A stretch of DNA of 64,000 nt from positions 3,045,404 to 3,109,403 of the forward strand of contig CAJFCJ010000007.1 of assembly GCA_904063045.1 (NCBI GenBank), read 5' to 3'. Each line of letters starts with the position of its first letter. Position 1 is the stretch's first letter. The DNA comes from Dimorphilus gyrociliatus (lineage: Eukaryota > Animalia > Annelida). The position numbers were made by a program, and so were the translations under genes. The notes under the pieces are model-generated. The model saw only the letters and a list, made by a program, of their open reading frames with translations. It was not told the origin of the DNA and made no database searches. This document shows positions 51,756 to 62,958 of this stretch, one piece after another.

Positions 51756-52468
51756 ACTGCTTCAATCTTACGCCTAATATAGATAATGTTTATTAATTTT
51801 TTTTTTTTGACATATCGAATTATTTCTCCAAAAAACAAAATATGGATAATAAAGAAGCCGTTAAAGAGTTTGTTAAAACTGCATTTTATTCTATATTTAA
51901 AGTGTAGATTTAATAAAAAAGAAATTAAAAATAAAAGCTAAAACGACTGTTATTTACAAGTTTGTTTTTTTCTTTTCCAAATAAAACACTCTGCAGGAGA
52001 AAAACACAATCAAAACTAATAAAACTACCAAGTTTAGAAACTCTTCATTTCTCGAAAAATGTTCTCATACTTTTAAAAAGAAAGCTAAAAATGGAAACAA
52101 AAAAAATTAAAAGAGAAAATAAAAAGAGAGAGAATAGGGATTGTAAGAAGAACGTAACGAGAGAGGGAGGATGAAGTGGAGACTGTTCGTGAGAGTACCA
52201 GTTATACTTTCTTTGTTTTCGTAGGCGAAATTCAACCATATCGATCATATACTCTTAATCTTTATCTCTTTTCTCCTCTCCGGTTATGTTCATTTTCCTT
52301 ATTCTTCCTTACAAGTGAGTAGAACAGCGAGACAACAGCGTAAACAGAATTTGTGTTTGTTTTTTTTGTGTTTTTTGAACAGAGGTAGTGAGAATTTTGC
52401 CTTTTTTTGCTCATCAATTTTCGTCATAAATTTAGAAGTAACATTATTTTCGGTAAAAATATAATAAA

Positions 52469-53915
52469 TCAACGTTTCAGTAGCATTGATCCAATTAAAA
52501 TGGCCGCTCCCGTAGCTGCTCCAATGATTGGCAGTGTTCTGGACCAAAAGACTGTTCGATCCTTTTCATTTAGCGTAGTTTTGCAAAATTCCAAGAATCC
52601 ATCCTAATTGTCAAAGAGAAAAAAGAACAAAAAAAAAACATAAGATAAGAAAGGCATCATAAATAGCGGTAAAAGAGAAGGAATAAAACAAATAAATAAA
52701 TTGTGAAGAGTAACAGGCGTGTTCTAAACACAAATGATGATGATCTAACGTAAATAATTGACTGGAAAAGAATGTGAAATAAAATAGTAAATCTTTTATA
52801 AATCAAAACTATATACAAATGCCACATGTGTTCTTTCGAATAAATCGTGGGAAACTATAATACAAAAAACGTAACCTAGCGCTTTCTAAATTGTATTGTA
52901 ACAGTTTGTATTAGAATTAAAATTGTATACAATTCCAGTTCCGTTATGAATAATAAATTTGTTACTTATTCGTTTAAATAGTCTACAAACTATATATATT
53001 GAATATTGTTTATTTTCTTTAGTACAATATTATAAATTGTTCCTATATAAACAATTCATGATTAATCAGTTATTATCATTCTCTGTCTTTTCTCTCTCTC
53101 TCTCTCTCACTCACTCACTCTTTCGTTATTCAAAGAGAAAATATCCATTACCAATGCTTTTTTTTTACTTAATATTACTATAATAAACGTATTCTTGTTA
53201 CACAATAAAAAAAGAATTTGTAGCTGACTTTGTAAAAATCTTATCAGTTGTTATTCTATACGAAATGTGGAGATTTATGCAAAAAATTTGTGATTATTTG
53301 TCAAATTGCTTTGTATAGTGAAAGGGGATTGTTTTAAAATGTAAGTTGTAGCTAATCATTGAACAGCTAATAAGGGACCCATACGACATGATATAGATTA
53401 ATTACGCCGACGTGATTCATGTGTACACACACACCCCCCTCCTGCCCACTTCGAACACGCAATAGCGTTTCTTTGTCTTTAGAAGATTAACTCACCCAGC
53501 CTTCGTTCTCGTCCATCCAAGGTTTTAATTCTGTTTCGAGGTATGTTGTTGTCCAATCAATGACCTGTTCTACCTTATAGGGCATCTCTTTCTGCACACA
53601 TTGCACGCAAATAGCACCGGTGAAGGCAAAGAGGCCGACGATTCGCCCCCATCTCACACCATCGGAAAACAATTCATTAATGACCGATGTAAATGAGTCC
53701 TTGGCGTTGTCGTCAGCTATATGAATTTGATCAACCATATTCTCGAAGGCGGCGATGTAACGCTCTTCGAATTCTTTGCACAACGCTCTGATGGGCTCTC
53801 TCAGCTTGTCGTACTCGTTGTTATATTGTTTCGTATTCGGTCCAGGAAAGTCAAGATGTTCCCTTTCTAAACGATATATAACGTAATCCGTAACAAGCCG
53901 GCGTGCAGTCATCAT
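52469..53915 (-). CDS. BCL2: Anti-apoptotic Bcl-2/Bcl-xL-like protein, 2 exons (53915-53496, 52603-52469)
   Basis: BH4-like ARRLVTDYVIYRL, BH1 ELFSDGVRWGRIVGLFAF and BH2 WMDENEGW|DGF, with the intron at the conserved GW|D position. The C-terminal TM is TLPIIGAATGAAILIGSMLL. Confidence 0.93.
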
Positions 53916-54070
53916 GAAGAGAGCATTATCCCCTATCGTTCCTCAGCTTTTTTCTTTTTCTAACCCCCAGCCGCTGTTTTCCATGTTGAATCCGCTTACG
54001 TATGGTAACCTTTCCGTGCTGATGCACCAGGGTACCATATTTCGAATAATGCTCCATCTGTTGTGAAAAA

Positions 54071-55201
54071 ATGGCGGAAGAAGAAGCCGGGCAGACTAAT
54101 GGTAAGTTAAATATATAAAGTAACTAACTTTTTTGACTCAACATTAACCAGAATATCAAAGATAAGATAAAATGTTAAAGATACTTTAATAAATATAGCT
54201 TTTTCTCAACTATTTGCTTTCAATAAGTGTATGTTTATCATTTATTCCTTAACTTTTGAAAATTTGAAAATTTTTGAAAAAAAAAACAAATTATAAAATA
54301 AAAGAACTCAACAGAAACGGCCAGTAAATGGATCTTCTACGATCCATCAGGTTGGGAAAGTTTTGAAGCTTTTTTAAAAACCTACCCTCCTAATCAAACT
54401 GGTTCGTCGGAAAAGCCAGGAAACCCCGATGAAAGAATAGACGAAAGAACAGAACCCGTTTGGATTTATGTTGGAAACCCGCGTTCGACCATAGAGGAAG
54501 GTGATGTGGAAATGGCGAAAGCTTTATGGACCGATAAAATGAACGATCCAAAATTCAATCCATCATATGAGTTTATAAAAGGCATTGCGGAGAAAACTGG
54601 TGTTAAAATGGGTAAGTGGAACATGGAAAAGATTAGGTTCGATAAAGTTAACCATTATTGGAATTTGATTGCCACGGCAACGAGAGATGGCAAATTAGGA
54701 GTTGCGGCAAAAGTCACCACAAGATTTGCTGCTGCCAGTAAAGGCTATAGCATTCATATTTTCACTAAGAACTTTATGGACGAAAAGGATTGGATGAGAG
54801 TTGAATATCAGTTAAGATCTATGTCAATTGTTGAAAAGCTCAAGTATCGACCAGAACTGTACACTCATCTCGGCATTTATAATGATTGTATACATCTCGG
54901 TATCAAGAGTTTCCTCAAACAAACCGGAATCCGTAAAGAAGAAGAGGAAGATGTCCTTGGCAAACTACCATCGGAAGATAGACGGGAAAATAGTCGAAAT
55001 GTACTCGCGGCTAAGCAAGTTCGAATTTCCCACACATATGGAACACCCTTGGATCCGATGTTTCGCTCTCACATGCAATTTGGCGTGGACGGTTACCCAA
55101 TAGCTTCAACTTCAAGAGGTGAAAAACCGAAATCAGCTCTAGCTAAGGATAGGAAACCTCCATCAACTTCGACTAATCAAACAAAGGATAAGAAGGGCTA
55201 A
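54071..55201 (+). CDS. C11orf68: C11orf68/Bles03-like protein (DUF1917, eIF4E-like fold), 2 exons (54071-54101, 54315-55201)
   Basis: MAEEEAGQTN|ETASKWIFYD..FLKTYPP..PVWI...GKW...AAKV...IHIFTKNF.D..LKYRPELYTHLGIY matches the family pattern W.VFD..WL.KYPP..GKW..AKV..YT.DF..YKPD.YT.LGIY. Confidence 0.85.
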
Positions 55202-55358
55202 AAGAAAATAAACGAAAAAGAAACTAGTTTCCTTATTTTCTCTTTGGTGAGTAGTAAAAAAAATCTTTTCTCATTTTTATTCCAGATATCTTCTTATCCC
55301 TTTTAACAACGTTCTACAGCAATAAAATATAATACTATATATACATATATATATATAA

Positions 55359-55394
<36 letters not shown>

Positions 55395-56158
55395 AAAACC
55401 TACTGTATAAAAAAGAAATAAAAATATAAATTAGAAAGAAACCTTCCTCTTACTCCCTATCCCCATCACTCCTAAACTCTTTTTCTTTCTGAAGCCTTGA
55501 AATGAGGAAAGAGTTTTAAAAATAGAACACTAATAAAAAAAAACTTGAATCTTTTTTAACTATTTAATAAAACGAAATGAAAAATTGCTAATTAAATACG
55601 AAAACAAAAAAATAAACTGAAATTATCCTTACAAATTTGTTTTTTATAAAAAACATATATATATTTATATATATATATATATATAGTATATATGTTATTG
55701 ATTAGGCCAACTAATGTTATAAAATATATGCATATAGCGGTCTGTCAAAGCAGAGCCGTCGCCTTCAAATCAAATTTCTTCCGTTTGAAGCGAAATTGGC
55801 TGACAAAATCAGCGAAGATGCTCTCGGGTCGGGAATATTGTGAATAGAAGAAAAATATATAAATATCTATACAGTATACATATTATTGTACACAAAAGGA
55901 GAAAAGCGCGCGCTTTTTTTCACACCAGTAAATAAACTTTATATTTAATCAGTAATATTTTTTCCTATTGATTTCACGCAGCGATTCATTTGCGGTTGCT
56001 TTATACTGCAATTTACAATTTTTTATTAACAGCTTTTGTTAATTTGGAGTTGTAAAAAAAAAGAAAAATAATATGAAACAAAACGATAGAAATTAGACGC
56101 CGTGCGGCGCCGACGTCAAGTCGAGGCGGCGCGCACTTTTAGCAGAAGAAGCGTCGAA

Positions 56159-58478
56159 ATGAGACGGTTTGCCGTCGAGCTGCTTTTACTTTCTTTCTTA
56201 GTGTGCTTAATATGTAAGTAGATTTTTTATTAATAGTTGTCATTTTTATTTCAGTTGTTAGATTTACTTAGGTAAAATAAGTAAAATCAAAGTAGGCATC
56301 AGCTGCAAAACGAATCCGTTAATTAGGTTGGTTATCGACCCAAGCAATTTATAGAGTGTAAAAAGCTATCTAGAATATTTAGGTTTTTGGATAGGAAGAC
56401 CATAAAGATAAAACTAGGATTTTCTTCACAAATGTATACGAGACAATTGCTTTTTCGCGCGATAAATGCAGTTTGTCACGGTAAGTAAATAATCCGTCAG
56501 TCGTATTACGATGACGAAATGGCGTGCGAAATTTGTCGAAGCGCAAAAGAAAAAAAATGTTCGACCACGCGGAACCGTCTAAAAGCTTCGAATAGGTCGT
56601 TAAGAAACGTCCGTCTCAATCTAGCCAGCGTCACCTGCGTTGAAAAAAAATCGCTGTTGCGCTTGTACACGCGTAAATTGGCAAATGGAAGTGTAGGCTG
56701 CAATAAGACGGCAAATGGACAACTCAATTGGATTTTCACCACTTCAATCGCTAGCGCCTTCTTATACACATGGAGAGAAAATGGCACGTCCCGAAAGCCG
56801 CAACGCGTGATGAATGATCGACGCTGTCTAAGAGACGTCTGCACACATACATATGTTCATCAAATAACGAATGTAAAATACTTAGAATGTCTAGATATGA
56901 TTAGCTGTCGTAGTGCTGTCTTTCATCAACGCCGATAAACGTCTGCAAAAGCGGATAAGGCGAACTTCTCAGATTGCGGCGCAGATGCCACGTCGACGAC
57001 ATTTGTACGCGAAATTCTAGACGGTTTGCAGTCGGCAAACGCCGGCGGCTAACTGAATAATTACGATCCGGTTAAACGTTCCTACAGATTGCAAGGAAAT
57101 CTGCCCCTTTTCGAAATTCCAACCATCCTGCGCTGCCGACGAAGTTATTTTCATCACCAAAGCATTGTGAGTAAGACTTTTACTTAGTCCAGTAAATGAC
57201 TAATAGTTTTGCCCAAAAACTTTTTATATATTCGCAATCCATGAGCGTAAACAAGTACATATATTCTATTTATGTAAATAAACAGTAAGACATACTATAT
57301 TGGCTAGGATGCGCCTATAAACCAAACTATCTATCACTTGATTTATGTATATTATGATAGTGTTGGAAGGCAGAGGACGACGTCGTGTAGCTATGTCGGT
57401 AGCGAAGGGGAATGCTGGACTGATATTGCGAAGAAAATTAACGGCTTATGCGGAGGAAAGAGTAATTGTACCATTGATGTACCTAATCATGACTTACAGA
57501 AGTGGTCCGGTTGTGAAAACGGTTTTACTTACCTAGAGGCTCAGTACGAATGTGTAGGCGTTCGAGTAGCATCTAAACAAGCTTGTGACTCGCATAGTTA
57601 CATCATATTAAAGTCAGAATCAGGCTATATCTCTAGTTCTATTGCGCAATCGATTGGAGTCGGAACGGTAAATTGTCCGTGGCATATCCGACGACCTCCA
57701 GGTCAAACTATTGCTTTAACCGCGATAATCTTTAACATAACGGAAGGCTGTCATCGACTTTTTGACGTTCACGACATGGAAACCGGCAAGGAAGAGACAG
57801 TTACTGCCTGCAATACTTCCTACCGTTACAATGAAAGGATAGGTAATTTCTCCAATAGAATCAAAATAGTGATGAACGTTAAATTTAATAATCCCCGGGA
57901 GCACCACGAGTTTGTAGTTTATTACCAAGGTACGTAAAACGTTGGCTGAAATAGGCCTTATTACTTATTTAATACAAAAGATAGCAAAAATATCAGTCGA
58001 ACGTGCCACCTATACAGTAACAGGCTGCTTAGATCCCCACCCAATCAACGCCAACATGAAAGTCACGAGAAGAGGAAACGAAGCCACGATAACATGCAAG
58101 CTTACAGGTGTATCATGGAAAATCTTCTGTAGGGATAGAAAATGGACTAGTCATCATGCGGCCAACTGCAGCCTAACTATACAACGATCAAGTAGCGTCA
58201 CTTGGGGCGAAGTGACGTTACCTTACGCCGCGTGGATAGTTGTCATACTTGGTATTGCGGTTGCAGTTAGTTGTACAATAGTTATTGCAGGCTTATTCTG
58301 CCTTAAAAACCAGCAAAGACGAAGCGAAACAAACTACTCTCCAGTAGACAACGAAACCGTTCGAAATAATAAAATGCCGAATAACCTCGGAACGCTCACG
58401 ACCGCCGCACCATCTATCAATGCCTGTCGTCCACCGGAAAAGTTCATCTACGAGTGCGCTATGACGCTTCAGCACTAA
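56159..58478 (+). CDS. Type I receptor-like protein: signal peptide, SUEL-like lectin, CUB, sushi-like module, TM, Tyr-containing tail; exons 56159-56213, 57088-~57167, 57361-57929, ~58020-58478
   Basis: MRRFAVELLLLSFLVCLI|YCKEICPFSKFQPSCAADEVIFITKA|FVGRQ..LCGGKSNC..YLEAQYEC is SUEL-like. SGYISS..CPWHI..PGQTI is CUB, GCLDPHP..ATITC..WKIFC..KW..NC is sushi-like, and the TM is AWIVVILGIAVAVSCTIVIAGLFCL. Confidence 0.8.
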
Positions 58479-58873
58479 AATTTGCTTAACTGAAGTATTT
58501 CCAAAGGAAAAATGATTTCAAGTGACATTTCTTTTTCACAAGGCTCTAAAGACGACTAATAAACTCTATTAGGCGATACAAACTGATAATGTACCATACG
58601 CCTATTATCGATTAATGTGACAAAATTTTTAGTTGGAAAGCAGATAATCCCATTTGCATTTCCTTCAAGAAGAGAGCATCAATTAAATAAAAAATTATTC
58701 AATATGCTGTTTATATACAGTAATATATATATATATATATATACACATAAATATACATATAAATATCTATATTTGTTTATTTATATACCTTCGTGTCTGT
58801 TATACATAAATGACAGAAAACTATGACTTTTTATTGAGATTTTCATCCTAGTCTCTCCTTCTTTGTTTATCTT

Positions 58874-58928
<55 letters not shown>
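58874..58928. repeat. Compound (CT)n(AT)n microsatellite
   Basis: Direct reading. Confidence 0.9.
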
Positions 58929-58932
<4 letters not shown>

Positions 58933-59356
58933 CTTTTCGATTTTCCTTTATTTTCCTCATTGCAGGAAAGCATAAAAAAAAGATGACCAGCTAACAAATA
59001 AACAAACAATAACCGACAAAGACGACCAGCTAGAAGGAATAAATGTCTGCTTTGAAAATAAAAACAGGAGTTTACCTTTTAGTTTTAATTATAGTTTGCT
59101 CTATTAATTCCTATTCTAGAGTATTAATTATACGTACACTTATTTAAATTAGCTGACAAACTAATAATAACAACATTACCATCAATAACAACACAAACAA
59201 CGGTTAAACTATAGATTTGCTTTATGATATAGATTTAATAAATATGTTAAAATGAATATATTTAACCTTCTTTTATATTCCAATTAAATATTAATTGTTA
59301 AATTCATATCAGTACGGAAAGCGCTTTATACGTTTTTCTGATAAAACTCGAATTAT

Positions 59357-59370
59357 CAGCAGATGGCGAC
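59357..59370 (+). promoter_or_regulatory. CTCF-like site
   Basis: CAGCAGATGGCGAC, intergenic between the SUEL-CUB-sushi gene and SLC16. Confidence 0.5.
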
Positions 59371-60383
59371 ACACGTACTGATATAGCAGTTAAATCTGAA
59401 CATAAAACCATTTGTGCCTTTACTATTTATCTAGAAGAATGGATAACAATTGAATTAGGCAGTCAGAGTACCGGTGATTGAGATTAAAACCATATGCTGC
59501 ATAAACGAAATTATTATGTTCGCTGTTTATTATTTATAAAGAGAATAAACTAAAAAAAAAAATAATCTTCCAGACGAGCCACTATTCGAAGTTCGAAGCC
59601 TGGAAGTATATATATATCACAAACTACTTGTGTTTTCCTATCTTAATTTTGTAATAATTTCGAAATTTGGCCTGATTCAAAATACAAAGGTAAGATGTAT
59701 GTATGTATATACAAGACATGTTAAATGTCTAATATCAGATAAATATATATTATGTATTTTAAAAAGAGAACATAAACTAAACAACAATGATTACAAAAAA
59801 AAGTATTGAAAAATATGAAAAAATGATATCAAATACGTGTGTTTTTGCCTGGATTGAACTGTTACTTTATTTCTAGCTTCAAGATAAATAATTGATTGTT
59901 TTTTTTTCTATTGCGGTATCAAGGTAGCGACTTGACATCGATTGATCAGTTAATAAAAAAAAAACCGTGTATTCTTTTTTTACTATTTAAAAAGTTAAAT
60001 CAAGATTTTTGCTTAAAAAATAATCTTTTTCTTCTCCTATTAATATAAAACATCATCATATCAGACGTAATCTAGATTGACGTAACAGCATTATTTCATA
60101 AATAGTATAATTATTTTGATGACTAATAAAAAAAAACTACGATTTTTTAGATTGATACTTATATTTTTCATATAATCTCTATTAAATTTTCAAGGTTTTG
60201 TTTCGTGAGATTGCAAAATACAACTGTTGAATGAACTCTTGACGGAAAGATCTTTCGTTAAACTTTAAAGGTAGACTTGAATAGCAGAAGCATCCAAAAC
60301 TTACCTCAAATATGAGCTTTATTTATCACTGCTAACTTAAAAATGATTTTTCTTTTTTAGACTTTACATTATCCTTATAAAAT

Positions 60384-61710
60384 ATGGAAGCAACGCGTAT
60401 TGGACAGTGCATATTTGTTACTACTATATCTTTCATCTTACAAGCAACAACTGTTGGTCACAGTTTTTGCTCCGGTATATATCTTCTACACTTCCAGCTG
60501 TTTTCCGAGTACCGTTCTACAGTATGGTGGATAGGCTCGCTAAATACGGGTCTTTTATTTGGTGCTGGACCAGTTGCAAGTTTGGTGGTTAATCAATTAG
60601 GCACTCGTTTCACAATTATTACTGGTGGCATTGTTTCGTCTTTGGGACTCGCTTTGGCTACTTTATCAACAAATGTCATTCACTTGTACTTTACCTATGG
60701 TCTACTAACCGGTATAGGATTTAGTTTCATCTATATACCGTCAGTTGTAATGGTTGCTGAACATTGCAAAAGATATGTGAAAATCACCTTACCAATATCA
60801 TCAGCTGGGGTTGGGATTGGATCTTTGGTTTTTGCACCTTTATTAACTAAACTTATAAGTAAGTTTTTTCTCAATGTGTTTTTTTTCTTTATCAAATATC
60901 ATAATCTTCGTCTTTCAATGATTAGATTATTACGGTTGGAGAAGTGCCTTATTTGTTTCAGCTAGTATAATGCTTCAGTGTTGTGTTTTAGGGGCACTGG
61001 TCAAACCTTTAAAAAAATCGGTCAAGGACGAACAAGAACATTCTATTTTTCTATTCAAAACGTCTGTCAAGGAAAAAATTTACAATACCTTAGAAAGTAT
61101 AGCATCACTTTCATTGCTTACTGATGCCAAATTTCTCATACTCTTATTAAATAATGTTTTATGGAATATCGGAAATCTTATTTTCTTAGTAACCTTACCG
61201 GATTACAATAAAGCAATTAATTTACCTGACTGGAAATCTGCTTGGGTGTTATCTACTGTTGGTATATGCAGCACTTTAGGAAGATTTTTTATGGGTTGTG
61301 GCGCAAAATGCTGTAAACGACACATCTGGCCATATTTAATACCTAATGTGATTTCCGGGATTCTTTTATTATTTTATCCTTTTCGTTTGAGTTACACAAT
61401 GAATATTATCTTGTGCTCAGGTTATGGACTTCTGTTCGGAGCCCAAATAGGCCTTTTAGCTTTAATAACAGTGGAAGAATTTGGCCTAGAAAGGCTACCT
61501 GCTGCTTATGGTTATTGCATGTTCGCGGACGGTATTGGTGCTCTTATAGGTCCTCCGCTGTCGGGTTTATTGTACGATATAACACATCAACATGTGGTTT
61601 CGTTTGTAGTCGGAGGAGCCGTAACCGTATTTTCTGGCCTATTAATAATACTCCTACCCATCATTGATAGACTAAAGCGATCTACTACAGAAAATTTAAC
61701 AACTGTGTAA
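60384..61710 (+). CDS. SLC16: SLC16 monocarboxylate transporter (MFS), 2 coding exons
   Basis: WIGSL...GPVASLVVNQLGTR, LYFTYGLLTGIG, YGWRSA...CCVLGALVKP, FGLERLPAAYG..GALIGPPLSGLLYD. The intron at ~60859-60923 restores frame. Confidence 0.88.
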
Positions 61711-61815
61711 GTAAACTCATCAATTATTCCATATTTAAATTTTATTTTTGTACGTATCCTATTGTTAGAGAAACTGTCGTCGACGCAAGACAGACTTAAC
61801 GCATGATATTGTCCA

Positions 61816-62603
61816 CTAAGCGGCGATGTCGATTGGTTTCATTTCGACCAGTTTGAACCAGTGACCGCATTGGCAACGCTTCTGCTCACCTTTGTGAAGA
61901 TACATCCAATTTATACTGATAGCGTCTTCTTCACAAATACAGCCAACTAAACGTTTTTCATACATAGATGGAACAGCAACTGGGCTATCCAGTGTACCTC
62001 CTGTTCTCTTATTCACCTTCATTTCAAATGGATCCTAAATGTGAAAAAAATTAGGTAATTATATTTCCCAGTTAATTGAAATTAATTTTTAAAATGTTTC
62101 CGTTTGAAAAACTAATAAACTTTAATATTAGTCAACAATAAAAATACTTCTTCATATTAACTGCTATTCGTTTAACAACTTCGCGGAATAAAATATCTTG
62201 ATAAGTGACCAGTTATACTTACTTCATTTCCGGCTAAGCGGGCCAAAAGTTCCCAACGTTCAGGACCAACAGAGTGGCCTAATCCATCAGGCATCGTAAC
62301 AGCATCCGATACTATGAAAGAATTACGATCAATTTATTTATTTCTTTTTAAAACTTAATTTGTAAAGTAGTAAATACAAAGAATCGGTATAACAGCTCAT
62401 GACTTTCAAGCGACATTGTTAAAGGGCGAGCATAATATCTTAATATAACAGAAAACTACAAAATAATGTTTTTAAAAAATTACCATACCAAGTTTTCCTT
62501 TTTGTGGATCAACTACTGGACCCGCACTTGCAAATCTTAAAGAGCTGTAAGCAATACAACGACGAGAAATATTAGAAACGCTCCTGCAGAGTGCTGACGC
62601 CAT
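61816..62603 (-). CDS. COX5B: Cytochrome c oxidase subunit 5B, 3 exons
   Basis: The mitochondrial presequence MASALCRSVSNISRR is followed by |MPDGLGHSVGPERWEL..|DPF..GT..P..VPS..KRLVGCICEED..W..L.KG..KRC.CGHWFKL, which carries the zinc ligands. Confidence 0.95.
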
Positions 62604-62958
62604 TTTGGAATAAGGAACGAAGAAAATTCTAATAAAAAATATTTCGATTAAATGACAGTGTCTTCTGCTGGCGCCAAAACTATATCTTTTCAAACTTGAA
62701 GGAAAAAAATATACAGCTTATCGAACTTTGATTTATAATAATTTTTATCAGATGTATTATCACTTTATCTTAAGATATAAAAATCACTGTTCTGGAGGTG
62801 CATTCACGTTTCAATATCAAATCACATGGCATGCTAACAAGAGATTCTTTGCGAAAACTATTGAACTTTAAGCTTTGAAGTTTTATTTTATCTATTAAAT
62901 TGATTTTGACGATTGCATTAAACATATATTAAAGATTATGACAAGAAAGTTAGATTTT

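Noticed and set aside
53943-53945. Selenocysteine reading of the in-frame UGA upstream of BCL2
   Set aside because: I found no convincing SECIS in the BCL2 3' region (the ATGA..AA..GA at ~52400-52420 is too short for the stem), and no Cys-homologous position is known there.
59565-59606. Hairpin ttccag..ttcgaagttcgaa..ctggaa with a Pol III B-box-like GTTCGAAGC
   Set aside because: There is no A-box, cloverleaf or poly-T terminator at the right spacing, so it is not supportable as a tRNA or SINE.
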